From positions 323,307 to 387,306 of the forward strand of contig CAWFCE010000001.1 in the NCBI GenBank assembly GCA_963814275.1: 64,000 nucleotides of DNA. Reading direction: 5' to 3'. A program made the position numbers and the translations under genes. The notes beneath the pieces were generated by a model that saw only the letters and a list, made by a program, of their open reading frames with translations, was not told where the DNA came from and did not search any database. Positions 36,806-44,739 of this stretch are shown here, in pieces (the stretch's first letter is position 1; each line of letters starts with the position of its first letter). This DNA comes from Candidatus Parcubacteria bacterium. GTDB lineage: Bacteria; Patescibacteriota; Patescibacteriia; Patescibacteriales; UBA12075.

Positions 36806-37074
36806 ACTTATGGGGCACGATTCCGGGAATGATGCATGGCGCCCAATTGAGGACCGGCGGTTTTTCGCCAGCCACAGGGACCCGGATGGACCTATACGCC
36901 GGCATATCGGTTCCATTGTAGTCACACCGGAACCGACAAATATCCTCGCGCAGGGGTTTTTCATATTCGTCATACCGGGAGACGAGATTATCGTCCCGGA
37001 ATCGTGTTCCACCAATTCCCCTTTTTTGTTCATTGTTAAACCCCCTGACAGCGTTACTGTCAGGGGTCTTTTTT
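36806..37074 (+). ncRNA. candidate structured sRNA (rod-like, 6S-like or other), family unknown
   Basis: TTGACA(36771-36776)-17 nt-TGaTAATAT(36794-36799); 17-bp closing helix 36812-36828/36994-37010; internal hairpins; terminator 37042-37066 followed by a T run. Confidence 0.5.
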
Positions 37075-37182
37075 ATCCCAAATAATTCCTGATATTTAAT
37101 TTTGAAATAATAATTAGTTAATTGCGTACTAATAAATAGAAAGGAAGTTTTCCCTAAAAAAATTATTAATGAAACCACAAGT

Positions 37183-37644
37183 ATGGATTATTTTCAGAAA
37201 TACAAAAAAGCGGCGATCAGTATCGCTATCCTGACGCTTATGATGACCGCCGGCCTCAGTTCGGCCTATGCCGCGACCGACAGCCAGGGGTTCACGCCAA
37301 ATTCATTCAAGACCGATACGCAGATCAATCTCTTGAATACCCTGGAGGCAGGGGATTATGAACAATGGAAGCAGGCAGTGGGGCATTATTCCGGCCTTTC
37401 CGGCGTTATTGCCAAGGATGATTTTCTGGAATTCATCCGGGCCCGGAAATTTGCACGCGAGGGCCGCTATGACGAGTCGCTGGCCATGAGCCAGGCTTTG
37501 GGCGACAGATTGGCCGCAAAACTAGTCGATTACCTCAAAACCGACAAGCGCCGTCCGAACAGCCAGACTTGGGATAAGGTTCTGGGCGCCCTGCAGGCCG
37601 GAGATTTTCAGGCGTTAGAAACGATATTGGCTAACACAAAATAA
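37183..37644 (+). CDS. secreted hypothetical protein (153 aa)
   Basis: Signal peptide ending in AYA|AT. Confidence 0.5.
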   Translation: MDYFQKYKKAAISIAILTLMMTAGLSSAYAATDSQGFTPNSFKTDTQINLLNTLEAGDYEQWKQAVGHYSGLSGVIAKDDFLEFIRARKFAREGRYDESLAMSQALGDRLAAKLVDYLKTDKRRPNSQTWDKVLGALQAGDFQALETILANTK

Positions 37645-38011
37645 GCAATACAATTATCCGCGTAAAATCAGCGTATAATCCGCGGTTAGAAGATTTGCAA
37701 AGGGATAAAATTCAAATAATAAATTTAAGATGGTTAGCATAGAGTACAATAATAATTATTTGCAAACAAAGGAGGGATAGATAAAGTGCATAGTAATAAA
37801 TAAAACATCCCGAATGCCGCACCCGCCAGGGGCGGCTTTTGGGTTGGAATATTTTTTTGTACGATTTTTACACGGAATCGGAAACGGACTGTTTTTCCGG
37901 CGCTAGCCGGACGGGCAGTTTGCCGGGAAATATGCAAAAATATTGCGAACTGCCTGCTCCGCTTCGCTGCGCAAACAGTCCGGGCACCATGCAAACAATC
38001 CGGGCGCCGGT

Positions 38012-38040
38012 TTGAATTTTCCGAAGAAAATCGCTATAAT
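38012..38040 (+). promoter_or_regulatory. sigma70-type promoter
   Basis: TTGAAT-17 nt-TATAAT; identical hexamers and spacing at 54036-54064. Confidence 0.65.
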
Positions 38041-38075
38041 TTGCGTATTATATTATAACCAGTTATGATCGTATT

Positions 38076-38660
38076 ATGAAGGAATACTATGCCGTGCCGG
38101 ACAAAACCGACGAAGAGCTTGTTGCCATGACCCTGGCCGACCAGGAGAATTTTTTATTTCTCGTCAACCGTTACAAAGAGAAGTTATTCCGTTATATCCG
38201 CCGGCTGACCAATATCAGCGCGGAAGACGCCGAAGACATCCTGCAGGAAGTCTTTATGAAGGCTTACGTCAATTTGAACGATTTCGAACAGGACCTCAAA
38301 TTTTCTTCCTGGATCTACCGCATCGCCCATAACCAGGTGATCAGCCATCACCGCAAAATAATGGTCCGGCCGCAGGGGAACGCGGTTAATCTGGAAGATA
38401 GTGAAGTAATGAACATCGCCGCCGACCTGGATACCGAAAAAGACATCGATATCAAGATCCTGCGCCAGAATATCGATATGGTCGCTTCCCGCCTGGAACC
38501 GAAATACCGCGAAGTGCTGATCCTCAGGTATTTTGAGGATAAGAATTACCAGGAAATCTCCGATATCATCAAGCGCCCGCTCGGCACAGTCGCATCCTAT
38601 CTCAATAAGGCCAAGCAGGAGTTTCGTGACGAGATTGAAAAGCAGAAGATTAAATTTTAA
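38076..38660 (+). CDS. RNA polymerase sigma-70 family (ECF-like) sigma factor
   Basis: Region 2 (DILQEVF.KAY.NL..F......F.SWIYRIAHNQ) and region 4 (YREV..LRYFE...YQEISDI...P.GTV). Confidence 0.85.
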   Translation: MKEYYAVPDKTDEELVAMTLADQENFLFLVNRYKEKLFRYIRRLTNISAEDAEDILQEVFMKAYVNLNDFEQDLKFSSWIYRIAHNQVISHHRKIMVRPQGNAVNLEDSEVMNIAADLDTEKDIDIKILRQNIDMVASRLEPKYREVLILRYFEDKNYQEISDIIKRPLGTVASYLNKAKQEFRDEIEKQKIKF

Positions 38661-38705
38661 TAATTGAGTTGGATTATCGGTCAAGAGCGAAAGGATAACC
38701 TTAAA

Positions 38706-38777
38706 GAAATTTGAAATTAGAAATTGGAAATTCGGAATCGGTTTACGCCCAATTTCCAGTTACAAATTTCAAATTTC
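38706..38777. repeat. GAAATT/GGAAATT-word imperfect palindrome
   Basis: gaaatttgaaattagaaattggaaattc ... caatttccagttacaaatttcaaatttc; related copies at 41689-41774, 46008-46062 plus 46197-46216, 55565-55644 and 63044-63092. Confidence 0.8.
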
Positions 38778-38833
38778 ACTCTTCCTTGTTTGTTCGCATA
38801 TTGGGAATAGATGAAGAAACTAATCAAATATAT

Positions 38834-39706
38834 ATGGAATTAAAAAAATCATTCGGCCAGGAGCTCCTGGGAAAGATCAAGGAAAAGAAACTGGTCCCCA
38901 AACCAAAATGGCAGTTTTTTTTGAAAGATTATATGGTTTGGGGCTCCGGAGTGGCCGCGTTGTTCGTCGGCGGGTTGGCCTTTTCCGTCATTATTTATAT
39001 GTTCATCAATAACGATTGGGGCGTATACGAACATTTCAGCGGCAGCTTGCTTGGTTTTGTCCTGCTGTCACTGCCTTATTTCTGGATATTGCTTCTCGTG
39101 TTATTCATCGCGATCGTCAATTATAATATCAAGCACACCAAGAACGGTTACCGCTATCCGATCGGCGTCATCGCCGCCGCCTCGATCGTCGTGAGCGCCG
39201 GGATCGGGCTGATATTTTTCGGCGCCGGCATGAGCCAGGCGGTAGACGAGATATTGGGAGAGAATTTACCCCTATATGAAAAGTTCATCAATAGCCGTAT
39301 CGGCCAGTGGGAGCATCCCGGGGAAGGGCTGTTGGCGGGATTGGTGACAGAGAGAATTTCGACTTCCAGCATTATCGTCTTCGGACTGGACAGGAAAGAA
39401 TGGACCGTGGACCTGAGTGGGGCGCGGATCGCGCCGGGAGTCGAGATCACTGTCGGCCAGCCCTTGAAGTTTACCGGCGAAGCGGTTTCGGATAATGTTT
39501 TCCGCGCCGGCGAGGTCTTGCCGGCCGGACCGGGCGGGGGATTCCTCAGACGCAACAATCGGATGCATTTTATTGGTCCGGAAGGCGGAGTCCGCAACCG
39601 GATAAACCCGGGTCTGCCTGGCCGGCTGCCGATGATGGAAGGCAGGCCGATCTTACCGGGGTTGCCCCGCGGTATCGGCAGCAGTACGGATAGCGGTAAT
39701 ATTTAA
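38834..39706 (+). CDS. membrane protein partner of the sigma factor (putative anti-sigma-like)
   Basis: Short cytoplasmic N-terminus with KPKPKWQFF, about 4 TM spans, extracytoplasmic C-terminus; paralog at 54754-55488; ATG at 38834 chosen because the track TTG (38711) lies inside the palindrome. Confidence 0.6.
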   Translation: MELKKSFGQELLGKIKEKKLVPKPKWQFFLKDYMVWGSGVAALFVGGLAFSVIIYMFINNDWGVYEHFSGSLLGFVLLSLPYFWILLLVLFIAIVNYNIKHTKNGYRYPIGVIAAASIVVSAGIGLIFFGAGMSQAVDEILGENLPLYEKFINSRIGQWEHPGEGLLAGLVTERISTSSIIVFGLDRKEWTVDLSGARIAPGVEITVGQPLKFTGEAVSDNVFRAGEVLPAGPGGGFLRRNNRMHFIGPEGGVRNRINPGLPGRLPMMEGRPILPGLPRGIGSSTDSGNI

Positions 39707-40005
39707 GTTAAATAGTATAATTTTTAAATCATTCAAATTTCTTCCCGGCCGGGAAGAAATTTTTTTAACCCTGCGTATTAACAGATAGGGGACGCAAAAG
39801 AGATCTCTATCCCAAAAAAATCCGCATAATACATTTAATATTCAATTAATTTCGAGACTGTAAGATAAGATAACATTCTTTTCTTATTAATAATCGGGTT
39901 GGCGAAGACGCGGAAAAGAACGTTAACAATCTTAACTTATTTAAATCCCGGCGATATGAAGGCTCGCGTGGAACCCCAGTCTTTATATCGCCGGAAAAAT
40001 AAATT

Positions 40006-40542
40006 ATGAAGAAGTCTAATGTTATGATGACGGGCGCCGCGGCGCTCGTCGCCTTGGTCGCGGTGGCCGGTATGGCGATGTACACATTCGCCCAGGACAA
40101 TACCGCCACCGATACGCCAACAGCCCCGTTTTTCGGGCGGGGCGGTATGCAATGGCAGAATCTGACCGATGAACAAAAAACCCAGCTTGAAGCCCAGAGA
40201 CAGGCCCAACAGGAAAAATACCAGGCCGAGCGCGACGAGATTAATGCCGCAATGGCCAAGGGATATGACGCCTGGGTAACAGTGGTCAAGAAATATATGG
40301 GCGAAAATGCGCCGATACTGAGCGTGATCAACACGGGTAATTTTGACAAATACGTACAAGCCCAGGGATATTCACAACAGGCCCAGACGCTTTATGACGA
40401 GATCGGATTGCCAGGCAAAGGTTTTGGCGGCTGTCTGGGCGGCGGATTCGGACGACACGGCGGTATGATGGGTTTTGGCGGCAGATACCAGGGTGATATT
40501 GATGCCGGCATGAACACCAACACGAATACGCAGACACAATAA
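40006..40542 (+). CDS. secreted LTxxQ-motif (CpxP/Spy-like) protein with Gly-rich tail
   Basis: Signal peptide; NLTDEQKTQLEAQRQAQQEKY; C-terminal GFGGCLGGGFGRHGGMMGFGG. Confidence 0.55.
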   Translation: MKKSNVMMTGAAALVALVAVAGMAMYTFAQDNTATDTPTAPFFGRGGMQWQNLTDEQKTQLEAQRQAQQEKYQAERDEINAAMAKGYDAWVTVVKKYMGENAPILSVINTGNFDKYVQAQGYSQQAQTLYDEIGLPGKGFGGCLGGGFGRHGGMMGFGGRYQGDIDAGMNTNTNTQTQ

Positions 40543-40640
40543 ATAAATGTTAGCTTTTTAAGAGCAGTCTTTCGAGAGAGGCTGCTCTTATTATTTTTGT
40601 TTTGTGAATAATAAATTTTTCAGGAAGTGCATGATGGCTT

Positions 40641-40797
40641 TGCCATAAATTATCAATTTTCAATTATCAATGACCCAATCAATATCAAATTTTCAATACT
40701 CAATATTTAAACGGAATATTGGGTATTTCATGGTGTTTGAAAATTTAATATTCGATATTGATTGAGTCACTGGATAATTGGGTTATTGGTAATTGGC
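40641..40797. repeat. long AT-rich imperfect palindrome (CAATTATCAAT / CAATATT words)
   Basis: Arms of about 70 bp centred near 40712; core caatcaatatc...attttcaa mirrored in both arms; related words at 58187-58240. Confidence 0.75.
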
Positions 40798-40949
40798 AGA
40801 TATCCATGATTAATCCGATATAAGAGCTATTTATTCCTAACATTAAATTAATTTAAAAATTTTGCCACGTCTTGTTTTTCAAAGAAAAATGCCCTAAAAT
40901 GCGTATTAGTATATATAATGGATAACTTATTATTTTAAAATTAGCCAAT

Positions 40950-41642
40950 ATGAAGAAAACTGCAATTTTTGTGGCATTTTTTGTTGCATTAATGACACTG
41001 AGCGGCTGTGCCCAAAAAACCAGCGGAAACACCAATAACCCCGCCGGCAATGCCAGCGCCGGAAATGGCGCGGCAGCCGGCAGCCTGGCCGGGCGGATGC
41101 CGGATTTCGGCCAACCGGACCGGCAGCCGGATATTAGCGGTATTGTCCAGTCAATAACCGGCAACGAAGTGACAATCCTCAAGATCGACCGGCCAGCCCG
41201 CAACTCCGATGGCAGCGGGCCGGCTGATAGCCAGACGCAAAACACGGACAACAATAATCGGCCAGCCGGCATACCGGGTGTAGGCGGCACCGGAGGCCGG
41301 GGTGGATTCGTGGCAGGCGGCGGAGGCGGCGGCAGATTCGTGGCAGGCGGCGGAGGCGGCGGACCAGAGGGGGCTGGCGGGCAAAACGGCGGCAATTTCG
41401 ACCGGACAGCCATGCTTGAACAATTGAAAGCAATGAGTAGCGGTTCCGAAACAGTAACCGTACCGGTCGGCATCAGGATGCTTAAGCCCGACACCACCAC
41501 CACCGGTACGGCACAAGCCAGAGATAGGAATATGACCGAGGCCAATCTGGGTGATATCCAGGCCGACAAAATGGTCAGTATCTGGCTGAATACGGACATC
41601 ACCGACCGCAATATCGCAGATTTTGTCCTTATAACGAGATAG
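40950..41642 (+). CDS. Gly-rich lipoprotein
   Basis: Lipobox LSGC; internal duplication GGFVAGGGGGG/RFVAGGGGGG. Confidence 0.6.
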   Translation: MKKTAIFVAFFVALMTLSGCAQKTSGNTNNPAGNASAGNGAAAGSLAGRMPDFGQPDRQPDISGIVQSITGNEVTILKIDRPARNSDGSGPADSQTQNTDNNNRPAGIPGVGGTGGRGGFVAGGGGGGRFVAGGGGGGPEGAGGQNGGNFDRTAMLEQLKAMSSGSETVTVPVGIRMLKPDTTTTGTAQARDRNMTEANLGDIQADKMVSIWLNTDITDRNIADFVLITR

Positions 41643-41688
41643 AATTATAAAATAAACCGCTGTTTAGTATTAAGTCAGACAGATAATA

Positions 41689-41774
41689 GGAAACTTGAAA
41701 CTAGAAACTGGAAATTAGAAATTTTATATCGTTAATCTATCCAATTTCCAGTTACAATTTTCCAGTTACAAAAT
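41689..41774. repeat. GAAACT/GGAAATT-word imperfect palindrome
   Basis: ggaaacttgaaactagaaactggaaattagaaatt ... ccaatttccagttacaattttccagttac. Confidence 0.75.
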
Positions 41775-41781
41775 ATGTTAG

Positions 41782-43701
41782 ATGTCATTAAACAATATAA
41801 ATTGGCTATCCCCATTTAATCAAATACAAATTATGTCAAGTTCAATTTTAGAAGAAAGTAAAAAGGCCAAAAGAAAGGGCATTCTCGGAATATTCAAAAA
41901 CAAGAAAATTATGGCGGGAGCCCTGATTGTCGTGGTTATCGGCGGATCGTTCTATTATTTCCGCAACCGCGGCCAGTCGCAGGTCAATACCGTGGTGCCG
42001 AAGAACTGGACAGTCAGGAACGGGGATATCCAGATCGCGATCGATACCGACGGCAAAGTAGTTGCCGAGGACGGCGTGGAATTGTCGTTCTCCGTGAGCG
42101 GTGACAATCTCGAGGTTTCGGACGTTTACGTAAATGAGGGCCAGCAGGTCAAGAAAGGCGACAAGATAGCATCGGTCAAGACCGATACCCTGGAGTATAG
42201 CGTCCGAACCGCTTATTCAAGCTATCAATCGGCTCTGGCGGCTTATAACGAAAAAATAGCCGGTCCGACCGACGATGATATCGCCAAAGCCAAGGCATCG
42301 ATCGAACAGGCCCAGATATCCCTGGACCAGTCTAAGATCAGCCGGGACAAGACCAAAGTCAGCGGCGAGGACAAGGTCAGGGCGGCCCAAGACGCGGTTA
42401 AAACCGCCAAAGATAATTTGAACATGAATCAGAGCGTATACTCGAGCCAGGACGTGGATGACGCTTATCAGACCTTGGTCGATACCGTGAAATCGACCGA
42501 CCTTTCCCTGGAGGGCATACTGCGTGATTCGGATGAAGTCGTCGGAGTGGATAATTCATTATTGAATGACGCTTACGAAAAAGACCTGGGGACATTGGTC
42601 GTGGGGTCGCTGTCCGCCGCGCAGGGCAGCTATACCGTGGCTAAGCGGGCTCAGCAAGCGCTGGATACGAAAGTGATCGGTTTGTCTTACGCCAGCCCAT
42701 ATGCCGATATCGACGCCGCGGTCCAATTGGCCCAAGCAGCCCTGGACGCGTTCGACCGGCATTTGTATGATATGCAGAATCTGTTGAGCGCGTCGGTCGC
42801 GACCAGCAATTTGACGCAAACCAAGCTGGACGGATTCAAATCCAGCGTCAGTTCAAACCGGACGAGCGTCAATACCAAGACGACAGCTATCAATAACAAT
42901 TTAAAAACATTGAAGGATGCCAAGGACGGTCTGGACGATTACGTAACCGCGTACAATGATGCCCTAAGGGATCTCGACAACGCGAAAGTGAGCGCCGATC
43001 AGGATAATCAGACGGCTGATTCCAATGTCCGTACCCGGGAATTGTCCCTGGAGGACGCCCAGCGCAGTTATGATGACCTGATGGCGCCGATGACTGACGC
43101 GGAAATGGCCGCCGCCCGTTCGTCCCTAACCTCGGCTTCGGTGAACCTGGAACGGGCGAAACTGGATCTGGAAAAGGCCACTATCCTGTCGCCGATTGAC
43201 GGCCAGATTGCTCAGCTTAACTATAAGCAAGGTGATATCATTACCGATAATACCAAATCGGTGGCTACGGTGATAAACAACGATACCTTGTATATCGAGG
43301 TAAATATAGAAGAAGCTGATATTTCCAAAATTAAGGTTGGCGACAAGGCAGTAGCGACATTCGACGCATTGAACAGCGCGGAAATACCCGGTGAGATCAG
43401 TTTCATTTCCCTGACATCCGGTTCGTCGAACAATGGTATCGTCACTTATCTGGTGCGCGTCCTCCTGGATAATTCCGACAAGAAGAATATCCGGGAAGGG
43501 ATGACCGCCGGGGTCAAATTCGTAACCGCCGGCGTTAGCAATGTCTTGATGGTGCCGGTCGAAGCGGTGCGCAATGTCGACGGCAAACCCTCGGTCCAGA
43601 TGGACAACGGGGAATGGCAGCCGGTGGTGACCGGATTCACCGATGGTAAATATGTGGAAGTGATAAATGGGTTGAGCGAGGGAGATAAGTTGGTATATTA
43701 A
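41782..43701 (+). CDS. HlyD/MacA-family periplasmic adaptor with long coiled-coil
   Basis: TM anchor, lipoyl-like GDKIASVKTD and ATILSPIDGQIAQLNYKQGD, about 300 aa of heptad-like sequence; alternative start at 41833. Confidence 0.75.
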   Translation: MSLNNINWLSPFNQIQIMSSSILEESKKAKRKGILGIFKNKKIMAGALIVVVIGGSFYYFRNRGQSQVNTVVPKNWTVRNGDIQIAIDTDGKVVAEDGVELSFSVSGDNLEVSDVYVNEGQQVKKGDKIASVKTDTLEYSVRTAYSSYQSALAAYNEKIAGPTDDDIAKAKASIEQAQISLDQSKISRDKTKVSGEDKVRAAQDAVKTAKDNLNMNQSVYSSQDVDDAYQTLVDTVKSTDLSLEGILRDSDEVVGVDNSLLNDAYEKDLGTLVVGSLSAAQGSYTVAKRAQQALDTKVIGLSYASPYADIDAAVQLAQAALDAFDRHLYDMQNLLSASVATSNLTQTKLDGFKSSVSSNRTSVNTKTTAINNNLKTLKDAKDGLDDYVTAYNDALRDLDNAKVSADQDNQTADSNVRTRELSLEDAQRSYDDLMAPMTDAEMAAARSSLTSASVNLERAKLDLEKATILSPIDGQIAQLNYKQGDIITDNTKSVATVINNDTLYIEVNIEEADISKIKVGDKAVATFDALNSAEIPGEISFISLTSGSSNNGIVTYLVRVLLDNSDKKNIREGMTAGVKFVTAGVSNVLMVPVEAVRNVDGKPSVQMDNGEWQPVVTGFTDGKYVEVINGLSEGDKLVY

Positions 43702-43860
43702 ATGTAAATATAAATCCGAATACCACGAATTACATCCAAACAAATACATGCTCCGAATCGATTTATTTATGACATTTAAACGAAATGACAACAAATTGAA
43801 ATACAGCTCAAGGATGCGCACAAGTCGTATTATCTCGCGAATGGCGAGGAGATCCCGGTT

Positions 43861-44493
43861 TTGAAAGGGATAGATCTGAATATCAAAAAGGGAGAGTTTG
43901 TCGCTATTATGGGCGAATCCGGCGGCGGTAAGACCACGCTTTTGAATATCATCGGATGCCTGCATCCGCTGACCTCGGGCGAGTATTACCTGTCCGGCGA
44001 GGATATCGGCGAAGTGCGGGACGACTTTACCCTGGCTTTTATCCGCAATAAGAAAATGGGGTTCGTGTTCCAGCAGTTCAACCTTTTTTCCCGCTTGAGC
44101 GCTGTCAAAAACGTCGCGCTTCCTTCGCTCTACGCCGGCGTACCGAAAGCGGAAAGGGAGGCCAAGGCCGCGGAACTATTAACCAGTGTCGGCATGGAAG
44201 ACCGGATGGGCCATAAGCCGACCGAGTTGTCCGGCGGCCAGCAGCAGCGCGTGGCGATCTGCCGCTCGCTCGTCAATGATCCGCAGATCATACTGGCTGA
44301 CGAGCCGACCGGCGCTCTGGATTCCAAATCCGGGCTGGAAGTAATGGAGATATTCACCAGCTTTAAAGCCCAGGGGAAAACCGTGGTTATGGTAACGCAT
44401 ACCGCCGAAGTGGCAAAATTCGCCGATCGGATCATATATCTGCGCGACGGCAAAGTGGTGGATCATGACTATAAGCTGAAGAGCAATTATTGA
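43861..44493 (+). CDS. ABC transporter ATP-binding protein (MacB/LolD-type)
   Basis: Walker A GESGGGKTT, Q-loop, signature LSGGQQQR, Walker B ILADEPT; conserved N-terminal strand (IEIQLKDAHKSYYL) lies in-frame upstream of the TTG, with no canonical start. Confidence 0.85.
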   Translation: MKGIDLNIKKGEFVAIMGESGGGKTTLLNIIGCLHPLTSGEYYLSGEDIGEVRDDFTLAFIRNKKMGFVFQQFNLFSRLSAVKNVALPSLYAGVPKAEREAKAAELLTSVGMEDRMGHKPTELSGGQQQRVAICRSLVNDPQIILADEPTGALDSKSGLEVMEIFTSFKAQGKTVVMVTHTAEVAKFADRIIYLRDGKVVDHDYKLKSNY

Positions 44494-44508
44494 AGTGTTC
44501 CGTTTAAC

Positions 44509-44709
44509 CTGTCATTGCGAGCCCCGATCGCATCGGGGCGAAGCAATCCCGAGGCGCGTGGGAATCGGCCTTTTTAACTCATTTGAATCAACGCCTCATG
44601 TGTTGTGGCGCGGGATTGCTTCGCGACCCATTATTCGAGAATAAATATTTTTATTCACTTATCATACTGTTGAGCTTTTGAAAAGATTTTCTGTCGCTCG
44701 CAATGACAG
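44509..44709. mobile_element. MITE-like nested inverted-repeat element
   Basis: Outer 14/14 IR ctgtcattgcgagc (44509-44522) / gctcgcaatgacag (44696-44709); inner 14/14 IR gcgaagcaatcccg (44538-44551) / cgggattgcttcgc (44611-44624); no ORF. Confidence 0.5.
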
Positions 44710-44739
44710 TATATAATGATGAATTAGATTATATAAATT

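Noticed and set aside
36812-37013. tmRNA-like features: a 5' GGGGCAC pairing with 3' GTGTTCC followed by ACCA, including a G3:U70-type wobble
   Set aside because: The pairing continues for 17 bp, a rod rather than a 7-bp acceptor stem. There is no T-arm (GGTTCGAnTCC) next to it. No tag reading frame ends in a hydrophobic ..AA-stop. The length (~200 nt) is far below that of tmRNA. It is kept as an unclassified sRNA instead.
36759-37178. Track ORFs 36759-37085 (+), 36777-37178 (-) and 36800-37033 (-)
   Set aside because: All three frames are open over a GC-rich structured segment. The + ORF includes its own promoter and ends beyond the terminator U-tract. The - ORFs start in AT-rich spacer, contain the terminator hairpin and have no RBS.
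38711-38833. Upstream TTG extension of the sigma-partner gene; similar extensions at 47356, 32983 and 21820
   Set aside because: The extensions run through palindromic spacer repeats or lack an RBS. Internal ATGs (38834, 47455, 33037, 21899) give N-termini that match the paralog or family, or follow a clear SD.
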